DNA of 64,000 bases. It comes from Eubacteriales bacterium. GTDB taxonomy: Bacteria > Bacillota > Clostridia > Oscillospirales > CAG-382. The DNA lies in assembly GCA_045657245.1 (NCBI GenBank), contig JAZOSQ010000034.1, forward strand, positions 2,555-66,554. Reading direction: 5' to 3'. How positions within the stretch are numbered: position 1 is the first letter of the stretch; every line of letters begins with the position of its first letter. Shown here one piece after another: positions 53,974 to 62,617 of this stretch. The notes beneath the pieces are model-generated. The model did no database searches, was not told the DNA's origin, and saw only the letters and a program-made list of their open reading frames with translations. A program made the position numbers and the translations under genes.

Positions 53974-55720
53974 AAAATGGACGATCAAAAGGCTCGCAAG
54001 AGAGAGCTTTGTTTTGTCGTCTACAAGTTCGCTTTCCTCACGCATTGTTCGTTTTTTTGAATCCGGAATAGCAGAACCGATTCTCGGATCGGTAAACGAT
54101 GTTGATGATTTTGTACAGGACTTTGTCGGAAAGAACGTTACCGAAAAATACAACGTAAGAAAAAACATAACGATGCCGATAAGAAATAGCATCGCGTCGT
54201 TTTTCTCTCGAAATCCTTTTGTGAATGCGTTGAATAGACTGCGTCTTTACTTTTTGAATATATCTCTTCGCTCCGTGGGTGTAATGTTAATGACGTTTGC
54301 GGTATATGCTGCCGCTGTCTTGCTTTTGAAACATTATGCCACATCGGTTTTCGGTATTGGAAGTATTGACGATTTTTTTGTAATTGCCATATCCGCTGTA
54401 ACAGGATTGGCTTTGACGGTATTTAGCGAGAAAAGCATTATAACCTCGCTTGGATCAAGCAAGATGGTTGGTCCGTTCCTATCAGAATGTTTGGGTATTA
54501 ATGATTCAACGTTTGATCGTCATTCCGAAAAACCATCAAGTAATGCCGTCGGTGTAAGCTTCCTGATTGGCTCAATGATGGGTATATTAACGGTGTTTTC
54601 GTCGCCTGCAAGGGTTTTGTCGACTGCATTGTTGGTCGTTTTCATAATCACAATCGTGAACGCACCCGAATTTGGCTTGTTGTTTACGGTTGCAACGTTC
54701 ACGTTTCTTTCTCCTCGCTATTTGGTAATGCTTGTAAGTATTACGTTTGTTTCCTATCTTTTGAAATGTATACGTCTTAAAAGGAATTTTCGTTTTGGTA
54801 CAGCCGATGTGATTGCACTTTTAACTGTAATTATAATGATTTTCGGCGCAAAGATTTCTTCAGGCGTTATGACGCAGGGTGAGTGGTATGTAATCTATAT
54901 GTCCGCGGTATATTTCCTTGCGAAAAATTTATTATCTTCGAAAAAACTTGTCATCCAGGCATTTAATGCGATAAACGTTGGTGCTTGTATAGGTATGGCA
55001 GTATATATTTTGAGCGAATATGCGTTCATGATACCGAACGATAATATTCGCGAAACCGCGTTTTTTATAACGAGAAACGCTCTCGATGCTGACGTACTTG
55101 CGTTTGTTTCGACACTTTCGATACCGTTTGTAATGTCGTCGTTTTCCGGGGTTGCGTCAAAACGTTTTTCTTGGATTTCAGTCATTCTTGTTTTGGTGTC
55201 TGCAGTTATAACCGACAGCATTATGTTATATACCATGGCGTGTATAGCGGTTCTGTTGTATTTTGCATTCGCGCGCAAAGCTTTTGCCGGAGCGCTTTTG
55301 GGTGCCTTAATAGTTTTACCGCCCTTCCTTTGTGTGGTAAGTGACTTTACGCAATCTGCTCTCGTTACGGCAGGCGCAAAACGTCTTTGCGATGGTTATT
55401 TGGGCGTAAAACTATATTTTGCGAACTTTTTTGAAGCGTATGGATCTCTTTTCGGCGCATTTACTCTTGTGTTGTTTGTGATTTTAATTGCGCTTTCCTT
55501 CCAAAGAATAGGCGGTTCATTGATTTTGAACAGTTCTCTCAAAAACTCTCTTGTTTCGGGAACGGTTCTTGCCGCATTGACGGTATTGGTAATAAATATG
55601 TTGTTCTTGAATACGTTTTCGGATATAAGAATGACAATAGTTGTATGGTTCCTTTTCGGCTTGTGCGGTTCTGTGTATAGAGTCGGAAGAATAACACAAT
55701 ATAAGAATAAGGAGATGTAG
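53948..55720 (+). CDS. Hypothetical polytopic membrane protein (O-antigen-ligase-like topology, canonical Wzy_C motif not seen)
   Basis: GGAG RBS 7 nt before the ATG at 53948. Basic N-terminus MNKLRKRTKKWTIKRL, then more than 10 hydrophobic helices. It overlaps the trmD 3' end by 26 nt. Confidence 0.6.
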   Translation: MNKLRKRTKKWTIKRLARESFVLSSTSSLSSRIVRFFESGIAEPILGSVNDVDDFVQDFVGKNVTEKYNVRKNITMPIRNSIASFFSRNPFVNALNRLRLYFLNISLRSVGVMLMTFAVYAAAVLLLKHYATSVFGIGSIDDFFVIAISAVTGLALTVFSEKSIITSLGSSKMVGPFLSECLGINDSTFDRHSEKPSSNAVGVSFLIGSMMGILTVFSSPARVLSTALLVVFIITIVNAPEFGLLFTVATFTFLSPRYLVMLVSITFVSYLLKCIRLKRNFRFGTADVIALLTVIIMIFGAKISSGVMTQGEWYVIYMSAVYFLAKNLLSSKKLVIQAFNAINVGACIGMAVYILSEYAFMIPNDNIRETAFFITRNALDADVLAFVSTLSIPFVMSSFSGVASKRFSWISVILVLVSAVITDSIMLYTMACIAVLLYFAFARKAFAGALLGALIVLPPFLCVVSDFTQSALVTAGAKRLCDGYLGVKLYFANFFEAYGSLFGAFTLVLFVILIALSFQRIGGSLILNSSLKNSLVSGTVLAALTVLVINMLFLNTFSDIRMTIVVWFLFGLCGSVYRVGRITQYKNKEM

Positions 55721-55722
55721 GA

Positions 55723-56160
55723 ATGCAAAAACGTAAGTATAAATTAAATGCGCTTGATATTGCAATATTTATAGTTGTGCTTTGCTCGGTTGCTGTGATT
55801 ATGTTCCGTGATTCGATAAGCGGATTCCTCGGAACGACCGAAATATCTATGATAGATATTACTCTCACAATAGAAAACGATTCCTCGTCTCAAAGTGCAT
55901 TAATCTCGACGGGCAAGCCGGTTGTTTTCGAACCCGAATCTTCAACCGATATAAAAGCCGATGCACTTGTCAAAAAGTCTATCGAATCCACCGAATCCGA
56001 GAACAGCGCAACTGAGTTTGTAATAACCTGTACCGGATATAAAAAATTCGGACGTTTTTATACCGAAAACGGCGATAGAATTTCGATCGGTGAAGCTTCA
56101 AAAATCACAATTGATGAAACCGATATAACCTGCAAAGTCGTGTCGGTCACGTTGGGATAA
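55723..56160 (+). CDS. Hypothetical membrane-anchored protein (possibly DUF4330-like)
   Basis: AAGGAG RBS. N-terminal anchor LDIAIFIVVLCSVAVIMF followed by a beta-rich domain. It starts 3 nt after the preceding membrane protein gene. Confidence 0.5.
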   Translation: MQKRKYKLNALDIAIFIVVLCSVAVIMFRDSISGFLGTTEISMIDITLTIENDSSSQSALISTGKPVVFEPESSTDIKADALVKKSIESTESENSATEFVITCTGYKKFGRFYTENGDRISIGEASKITIDETDITCKVVSVTLG

Positions 56161-56228
56161 TGGTATAAAACGTCAAAAATACTTTTCAAGGATTTCTGTT
56201 TTTTGTCATAATGACGATATCGTGACTA

Positions 56229-56257
56229 TTGATTTTGATAAATTGATTTGTTATAAT
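56229..56257 (+). promoter_or_regulatory. Near-consensus sigma-A promoter of the HPr-like gene
   Basis: TTGATT (56229-56234), 17-nt spacer, TGtTATAAT (TATAAT at 56252-56257). Confidence 0.6.
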
Positions 56258-56280
56258 ATCTTCATATGGAGGATTGAACT

Positions 56281-56544
56281 ATGATTACCAAGAATATCGA
56301 AATACAAAACGAAGTCGGACTTTGTGCAAGACCCGCAACGACTTTCGTTCAAAAAGCAAACTCCTATAGAAGCTCGATTTGGATCGAAAAAGTCGATCGC
56401 AGAGTTAACGCAAAAAGTCTCTTGGGCGTTCTTTCGCTTGGGATTTATAAAGGTCAGATCATAACGATCCTTGCTGACGGTGAAGACGAAGCTGCCGCAA
56501 TCGACGGTCTCGTTGCGCTCATTCTCAGCGGCTTTAATCAATAA
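56281..56544 (+). CDS. HPr-family protein with Cys at the His15 position (Crh-like)
   Basis: The HPr fold pattern is recognisable across the full length: GL(C)ARPATTFVQKAN at residues 13-27, and KS46LLGVLSLG conserved. Codon 15 is TGT (56323-56325). Confidence 0.9.
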   Translation: MITKNIEIQNEVGLCARPATTFVQKANSYRSSIWIEKVDRRVNAKSLLGVLSLGIYKGQIITILADGEDEAAAIDGLVALILSGFNQ

Positions 56545-56558
56545 TTAATCAAACAATT

Positions 56559-56591
56559 TGCCCCTGACCTTGTCGGTTTGGGGCATTTTTT
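56559..56591 (+). terminator. Rho-independent terminator after the HPr-like gene
   Basis: Stem TGCCCC/GGGGCA with a 15-nt loop, followed by a T6 run. Confidence 0.6.
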
Positions 56592-56603
56592 GTAGGTATT
56601 CCA

Positions 56604-58466
56604 ATGACAAGAGAAGAGCTTTTCGAAAAAGCACGCCTTCTTCCCGCAACCCCCGGCGTCTATATTATGAAAAACAGATCCGGACGTATAATCTATGTCG
56701 GGAAATCGAAAGCGCTCAAAAACCGTGTTTCGAGCTATTTTGCACCCTCGTCCGACCACCACGGCAAGACAAGACGTATGGTCGAATCGGTTAATGATTT
56801 CGAAGTTTATTTCACGTTGACGGAGCTTGAAGCGTTGATTCAGGAAAACCAATTTATAAAACAATTTCAACCTCGATATAACATAAAACTCAAAGACGGT
56901 GGTGGATATCCCTATATAAAGATGACGAACACCGCCTATCCCGAATTTTCAATAGTATATAAGAGAAGCTCGGGTAACGATAAATATTTCGGACCCTATT
57001 CTTCCCATAACGTTGCGAAACGTATCTTGGAAACCGTGAAAAAGACTTTTTCTCTCCCGTCTTGCTCGAAAGAGTTCCCGAAGGATATCGGAAAGGGAAG
57101 ACCTTGTCTTAATTACCACATCGGACGTTGCTGTGCGCCTTGCATTAAGGGTAACGTGTCGAGCGAAGAATATAAAGAGCTTTGCACTCGTGCGTCAATC
57201 TTGCTTAAAGGCAATGGAGCCAACCTTGTCGAACAGCTCGAACGTGATATGGAAATCGCTTCGGAGGGCTTGAATTTCGAACTTGCGGCAAAATTGAGGG
57301 ACTGTATCTTCGCTGTCAAGAAATTGAGCGAACGTCAACAAATCGTCTGTTCGCCGAACGTCGAAACCGATATTGTCGGTATCTATGCCGACGACCTCGG
57401 AAGTGCAATCTCCTTCCTTTTTGTAAGAGGCGGTGCGATAGTCGACCGAGAGAACTTTTTCTTCGGCGCTGACGAAATTATAAATAGCTCGGCTCTCGTT
57501 TCTTTCTTGCAAAGATATTATGAACTTCGAGGCTATATCCCAAAGAAGATTTATATCGATTATAACCTCGATTCAGCCGATAACGAGCTTTTGAACGAAT
57601 GGCTCACCACACATGCCGAATATAAGGTTACTATCCAAAAACCCGAACGTGGCGATATGAGAGCGTTGACGTTACGTGCATCAGAGAATGCGAAACAGTT
57701 GATTTTGCATAAACGTGCGAGCGAGGATAAAAAGAAAGACTTCCTCGTTTCACTTGCAACCCTTCTCGGCTTGGAGGTCGTTCCTGATAGGATAGAATCA
57801 TACGATATCTCCCATTCGGGCGGAGATTTTACAACCTGCGGAATGATTGTACTTGAACACGGTGTGTTCGCAAAACGTAAATACCGTGCATTCAATATAA
57901 AAACCGTCGATGACGGAAACGATTTGGCTGCGCTTGAAGAATCAATAAGACGCCGCTTCGCCCACGATACCGACGAACAGGGCTGGGAATACCCCGATTT
58001 GATGCTCATCGACGGCGGTAATACCCAAGTAAACCGTGTCCGTTCGGTCTTGAACGAGCTTGGTATAAATATCAAAGTTTTCGGTATGGTGAAGGACGAA
58101 CACCATAAAACAAGAACCCTGACAGACGGCGAGAACGAGGTTTCGTTAATAACGCGTCAGGATGCTTTCGTGTTTATCTATAAAATACAGGAAGAGGTAC
58201 ACCGCTATTCTCTTTCGGTAATGGATTCGAAAAGACGTGCAAGTGTCAAGAAAAGCAGTCTGACCGAAATTAAAGGCATCGGCGCAAAAAAAGCGAACGA
58301 TTTGATGCTTCATTTCGGAACACTTGCAAGATTAAAGACAGCGACAAAACAGGAATTGACAGAAGTGAAGGGAATAACCGAAGAAATTGCTTCGTCGGTT
58401 ATCGAATACTTCGGAAAGGAAAACAATGAGAATAATAACAGGAATAGCAAGGGGAACAAAGCTTAA
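56604..58466 (+). CDS. uvrC: Excinuclease ABC subunit C
   Basis: GIY-YIG motif (PGVYIMKNRSGRIIYVGKSKALKNRVSSY), UVR domain, endonuclease V-like domain, C-terminal (HhH)2. Confidence 0.95.
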   Translation: MTREELFEKARLLPATPGVYIMKNRSGRIIYVGKSKALKNRVSSYFAPSSDHHGKTRRMVESVNDFEVYFTLTELEALIQENQFIKQFQPRYNIKLKDGGGYPYIKMTNTAYPEFSIVYKRSSGNDKYFGPYSSHNVAKRILETVKKTFSLPSCSKEFPKDIGKGRPCLNYHIGRCCAPCIKGNVSSEEYKELCTRASILLKGNGANLVEQLERDMEIASEGLNFELAAKLRDCIFAVKKLSERQQIVCSPNVETDIVGIYADDLGSAISFLFVRGGAIVDRENFFFGADEIINSSALVSFLQRYYELRGYIPKKIYIDYNLDSADNELLNEWLTTHAEYKVTIQKPERGDMRALTLRASENAKQLILHKRASEDKKKDFLVSLATLLGLEVVPDRIESYDISHSGGDFTTCGMIVLEHGVFAKRKYRAFNIKTVDDGNDLAALEESIRRRFAHDTDEQGWEYPDLMLIDGGNTQVNRVRSVLNELGINIKVFGMVKDEHHKTRTLTDGENEVSLITRQDAFVFIYKIQEEVHRYSLSVMDSKRRASVKKSSLTEIKGIGAKKANDLMLHFGTLARLKTATKQELTEVKGITEEIASSVIEYFGKENNENNNRNSKGNKA

Positions 58467-58983
58467 AACCCTCCCCGGTAACGATACAAGACCGACAACC
58501 GAGATTTGCAAAGAAGGTGTCTTCTCGGCAATCCAGTTTGAACTTCACGATAGAACCGTGCTCGACCTTTTCGGCGGTTGCGGACAGATGGCTCTCGAAG
58601 CATTGTCGAGAGGTGCAGAACGTGCAGTTATAATAGATGCTTCCCGTGCCGCTTGTGAGGTTATCAAGGAAAACGCACAGAAAACCAAGCTTATGAAACA
58701 ATGCCGTGTTGTAACGGCAGATTGGAAGGAATATTTGAGAGGTGCTTCGGGAAAAGAAAAGTTCGGACTCGTTTTGCTCGACCCTCCTTATGCCGAAGGT
58801 ATACTCGACGATATCCTTCATCGTCTTCAATATTCCGAAGTTCTTGCCCCCGGCGCAATAATTGTTGCAGAATCGGATAAAGACGGTATCCCCAACCCCG
58901 TTGAGGGCTGGAACAGCAAACTTTATCGCTATGGCAAGACCTATGTAACCATACTTCGTGTTCCCGAGGAGGACGAGGAATGA
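58426..58983 (+). CDS. rsmD: 16S rRNA (guanine966-N2)-methyltransferase RsmD
   Basis: MRIITGIARGTKLKT N-terminus, DLFGGCGQMALEALSRGA SAM motif, DPPY motif. It overlaps the uvrC 3' end by 41 nt. Confidence 0.9.
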   Translation: MRIITGIARGTKLKTLPGNDTRPTTEICKEGVFSAIQFELHDRTVLDLFGGCGQMALEALSRGAERAVIIDASRAACEVIKENAQKTKLMKQCRVVTADWKEYLRGASGKEKFGLVLLDPPYAEGILDDILHRLQYSEVLAPGAIIVAESDKDGIPNPVEGWNSKLYRYGKTYVTILRVPEEDEE

Positions 58984-59453
58984 GAACAGCAATAATTTCG
59001 GGCACGTTCGACCCGATAACAATAGGACATCTTGACGTTATCGTTCGTGCTTCAAAGCTTTTTGAGAAAGTTGTCGTTGCAGTTTCCAAGAATACCGAAA
59101 AGAAATGTGTTTTAAGCGACGAAGTGCGCCTTAATGCGGTTAAAGCGTGTCTAAAAGATATCGAAAACGCAGAAACCGAGCTTTGCGAGGGCTTGCTTGC
59201 CGAGTTTTGCAATAGATACGAAAATCCCGTAATCGTTCGTGGCGCAAGAAACGGAAGCGAGTTTGATTATGAAAGAAGTCTTTTCGTCATCAATAAAAAC
59301 CTTGGCATACCCGAAACGATTGTACTCCCTTCCGAAAGCGGAATGGACCATATAAGCTCTACGTACGTTCGCGAGCTTATAAAATACGGCAAATCGCTTA
59401 AAGGCGCAGTCCCCGAAAACGCAATAGCCGTTATCGAAGAATATTTGAAATAA
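58980..59453 (+). CDS. coaD: Phosphopantetheine adenylyltransferase
   Basis: GTFDPITIGHLD motif and ISSTYVRE motif. ATGA overlap with rsmD. Confidence 0.95.
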   Translation: MRTAIISGTFDPITIGHLDVIVRASKLFEKVVVAVSKNTEKKCVLSDEVRLNAVKACLKDIENAETELCEGLLAEFCNRYENPVIVRGARNGSEFDYERSLFVINKNLGIPETIVLPSESGMDHISSTYVRELIKYGKSLKGAVPENAIAVIEEYLK

Positions 59454-59454
59454 C

Positions 59455-59485
59455 AAAAAGGAGAGTTTTAACCTCTCCTTTTTTA
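59455..59485. terminator. Bidirectional Rho-independent terminator
   Basis: Stem AAGGAGAG/CTCTCCTT with a 7-nt loop, flanked by A5 and T6 runs. It lies between convergent coaD and the ParB-like gene. Confidence 0.85.
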
Positions 59486-60355
59486 TCTCCCAACTTTAAT
59501 TACAATTTCAAAACCGTCGTCGTTTTCTTTTTTCTCCCAAACAGCGTTATAACCCGAATTTTCAAGAAGCTTGACCGATTTGTCTAGCGTGTTGAAAAGG
59601 AATTTAATATCGCCGAGAATACCTTTAATTGAAGGTTTTTTTCTTTTTTGCACAACCTTTTTCGGCTTTTTAATCTCTATTGGCTTTTCCGAAAAATATG
59701 TATCGATCAACCTTTCGGTTTCGGGTGCGGAAAGCTTGTCCTTGATGATTGCAAGCATTATCGGTCTGCGTTCACGCTCGGTCTCGAGCCGAACCAAAGC
59801 CCGACAATGCCGTTCCGAAAAGCCGTTTTCCATCGCCATAAGTCGTTCTCGTTCCGAGAGTTTAAGAAGCCGAAGCTTGTTCGAAAGCGTCGGCTGTGAT
59901 ATCGATAATGCCTTTGCAAGTTCGCTTTGAGAACGGTTTGTCATAAGTAATAACGTCTGCATCGCCATCGCTTCTTCAAAATAGGATAGATCGCTCCTCT
60001 GCAGATTTTCAACAAGCGCCATCATTGCGCTGTCCTGCCGGTCTGCCTCGAAAATAATACAGGGGATAGTTTTAAGCCCTGCCATTTTCGATGCGCGCCA
60101 ACGGCGTTCGCCTGCGATGATTTCATATTTCGCTGCCGATTTCGGCATCGGAAAGGGAAGTGATTCGATTTTCTTGACGGCGATAGGTTGAATAAGCCCG
60201 TATATTTTAATGCTGTTCGAAAGCGATTGAAGTTCGGTTATGTCGAAGGTTCGTCTTGGTTGCATCGGGTTAGGTGCAAGCTCGTTTATAGGCAATAAAA
60301 CCGCCTTTTCCTTCCTTTTTTGCTTTATAACGTTTCCGATATCCAAAAAATCCAC
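59483..60355 (-). CDS. ParB/Noc-family CTP-binding DNA-binding protein
   Basis: ParB N-domain motifs (LAPNPMQPRR, GLIQPIAV, IIAGERRWRASKMAG), HTH (SQSELAKALSISQPTLSNKLRLLKL) and a Noc-like C-terminal tail. The GTG start is uncertain. Confidence 0.8.
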   Translation of the reverse strand: MDFLDIGNVIKQKRKEKAVLLPINELAPNPMQPRRTFDITELQSLSNSIKIYGLIQPIAVKKIESLPFPMPKSAAKYEIIAGERRWRASKMAGLKTIPCIIFEADRQDSAMMALVENLQRSDLSYFEEAMAMQTLLLMTNRSQSELAKALSISQPTLSNKLRLLKLSERERLMAMENGFSERHCRALVRLETERERRPIMLAIIKDKLSAPETERLIDTYFSEKPIEIKKPKKVVQKRKKPSIKGILGDIKFLFNTLDKSVKLLENSGYNAVWEKKENDDGFEIVIKVGR

Positions 60356-60365
60356 CGCTTTTCCT

Positions 60366-60401
60366 AAAAAATAAAGAATCTGCTATTATAATAGCAGATT
60401 C
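60366..60401 (-). terminator. Rho-independent terminator after truB
   Basis: Perfect 13-bp palindrome GAATCTGCTATTA/TAATAGCAGATTC (60376-60401), followed on the - strand by TTTATTTTTT. Confidence 0.8.
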
Positions 60402-60426
60402 GTCTGTCATATTTTGTTATATCCTG

Positions 60427-61326
60427 TTAGCGGAAGATTTTCTTTTGACGAAAATATTTGATTCCTTCTTCTTCGAGAATCTCGCCGAGCGAATAGAACC
60501 CGTTTTCGTCATAAACACGGAACATTTCGCCAATCTCGCCGTTAATACCGCGCAATTTCGCAAGCTTGATCTTCTCGCCGTGACTGTAAAGACGGTTGAA
60601 GAAAGCGTCCATACGTGCTTCGCGGTATTGCATAAACATCTTTTCAACGGGGATGAGATGGGAAAGTATCTCTTCCTGCGTCATACCGTTAAGGTCGTCA
60701 AAAACGATTGCATCTTCACGCTTGAAAACACCGACTTCGCTTCGTTCAAGCGAACTCATACAAGCACCGCAACCGAGTTTCTTTCCGATATCCGCACAAA
60801 GAGTTCTGATATATGTACCTCTCGAACAGGCAACGTCGAGGAAAAATTCACCGTTTTTCTCGGTCGGCTCACAAGAATAGATATTAACCTTTCTTGCCTT
60901 GCGCTCGATGGTAACACCCTCTCTTGCGAGGTCGAGAAGCTTAACACCGCCAACCTTCAATGCGGAATACATAGGGGGTACTTGGTCAATCTCGCCGACG
61001 AAGGACCTTGCAACTTCGGAAAACTCCTCAAAAGAGGGAAGTTGACCTTCGTGTTGCGTTAAAATATTACCCGAGATATCCTCGGTGTCGGTCGTGACAC
61101 CAAGCTTTATACCCGCAAAATAACGCTTGTCGTGGTCGACGAGAAACTCACTCGCCTTGACCGCCGAGCCGATCATTATCGGCAAAACACCCGAAGCCAT
61201 AGGGTCGAGCGTACCGCAATGACCGATCTTGCGAATCTTCAAAAGATAACGAAGCTTCGAAATACAATTATGCGAGGTTATTCCGCTCGGTTTGTCAATT
61301 ATGATAATACCGCTTGGGTTGTTCAT
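60427..61326 (-). CDS. truB: tRNA pseudouridine(55) synthase
   Basis: IIIDKPSGITSH and GHCGTLDPMASGVL (catalytic Asp) motifs, plus a PUA-like C-terminus. Confidence 0.95.
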   Translation of the reverse strand: MNNPSGIIIIDKPSGITSHNCISKLRYLLKIRKIGHCGTLDPMASGVLPIMIGSAVKASEFLVDHDKRYFAGIKLGVTTDTEDISGNILTQHEGQLPSFEEFSEVARSFVGEIDQVPPMYSALKVGGVKLLDLAREGVTIERKARKVNIYSCEPTEKNGEFFLDVACSRGTYIRTLCADIGKKLGCGACMSSLERSEVGVFKREDAIVFDDLNGMTQEEILSHLIPVEKMFMQYREARMDAFFNRLYSHGEKIKLAKLRGINGEIGEMFRVYDENGFYSLGEILEEEGIKYFRQKKIFR

Positions 61327-62276
61327 AAAGAAAGCTCCGTAAAAATCTTGCGCGTCAATTCAAGCGCAGAATTAAAATCTCCGTTGTAGGTAAAACCTGC
61401 AGCGTGGTAATGTCCGCCGCCGCCGTTGTTTTTCGCAATCTCGGCAACGTCGATGTCCGCATTAGAACGCATAGAAACCTTCACACCGTCGCTTTTTTGA
61501 CGTATCACAGCCGAAGCCAAAACGCCCGAAATCTCTCTCGGGATAGAGTTGATACAATCAAAATCACTCTCGGTTGCGTTACATTCCCTCATCTGTTCTT
61601 CGTTAATCGCAACGATAGCAAATTTGCCGTCGCAAAGAAGTTCAAGATTGTTGTATGCGGTTTTCGTCAATGCAATTTGGGCGGGAGTTTTGCTTTCGAA
61701 CAAATATCTGTTGATAGCCGCAAAATCAATGCCCGTTTCAATGAGCTTCGCCGCCATAATGTGCGTTTCGGGCTTGGTTGCATCATATCTGAACCCACCG
61801 CTGTCCGAACATATCGCCGAATAAAGCGCAATTGCAATATCGGTATCGAGAGATACATCAAGTTCTTCCATTATCTTGAAAATAATCTCACCGCAAGCGA
61901 TTCTGTCGCTCATAACGAGAAGATTTTCGCAATCAACGGTGTTGACTTTATGATGGTCGATAGAAAGCACAAAACTTGTGTTTTTTGCATTTCCAAGCAT
62001 TCTCGGACCTGCAACGTCAACGCTTATCAGCGTATAACCGTCCAAGTTTTCGGGTTCGCTTTCGAGGAAAATATCCGAAGTCGGCAAAAACGAAAGTTTA
62101 TTTGGAATTCCGTCAACAGAAAAAGCGTTTGCCTTTTTGCCAAGCTTTCTAAGTATTAATGCCAAACCTATCGCGCTTCCGAGCGTGTCCCCGTCGGGCG
62201 ATGCGTGACAATATATGAGGTAGCCGTCGCATTCCGAAAGGAATGCGGCGGCTTCTTTAATTCCGATTTGTTTCAT
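61323..62276 (-). CDS. nrnA: DHH/DHHA1 phosphoesterase (NrnA-type oligoribonuclease/pAp phosphatase)
   Basis: DHH motifs (HASPDGDTLGS, SIDHHK) and the DHHA1 motif GGGHYHAAG. Located between rbfA and truB. Confidence 0.85.
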   Translation of the reverse strand: MKQIGIKEAAAFLSECDGYLIYCHASPDGDTLGSAIGLALILRKLGKKANAFSVDGIPNKLSFLPTSDIFLESEPENLDGYTLISVDVAGPRMLGNAKNTSFVLSIDHHKVNTVDCENLLVMSDRIACGEIIFKIMEELDVSLDTDIAIALYSAICSDSGGFRYDATKPETHIMAAKLIETGIDFAAINRYLFESKTPAQIALTKTAYNNLELLCDGKFAIVAINEEQMRECNATESDFDCINSIPREISGVLASAVIRQKSDGVKVSMRSNADIDVAEIAKNNGGGGHYHAAGFTYNGDFNSALELTRKIFTELSL

Positions 62277-62281
62277 ATCGG

Positions 62282-62617
62282 TTAATCCTGAATGTCCTTA
62301 AGAATTGTGGAGATGTGCATTGCACGTTCCGTGTTGTTGTCACGGATGAAGGTGAGCTTCGGAGTGATACGAAGATTGAGCCGTTTTGCAAGCTCACTTC
62401 TTATAAAACCACTTGCCGAAGTAAGTCCCTTTGCAACACCATCGTCCTCACCGAGAACACTGTAAAAAATTCTTGCTGTGCTCATATCGGGTGCAACACT
62501 TGCACCGACAATACTAACAAAAGATTTTGCAACTCTCGGGTCTTTTACTTCTCTTATAATTGCGGCAAGCTCAAGCATAACCGCATTGTTGAGTTTATCC
62601 TGTCTGTGTCCCGCCAT
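62282..62617 (-). CDS. rbfA: Ribosome-binding factor A
   Basis: RQDKLNNAVMLELAAIIREVKDPRV pattern, 111 aa. One-nt overlap with the infB stop. Confidence 0.9.
   Translation of the reverse strand: MAGHRQDKLNNAVMLELAAIIREVKDPRVAKSFVSIVGASVAPDMSTARIFYSVLGEDDGVAKGLTSASGFIRSELAKRLNLRITPKLTFIRDNNTERAMHISTILKDIQD

Noticed and set aside
56205-56215. GTCATaATGAC inverted repeat upstream of the HPr-like gene as a cre/CcpA site
   Set aside because: It has only 5-bp arms and does not fit the cre consensus (TGWAANCGNTNWCA). It is too short to distinguish from chance.
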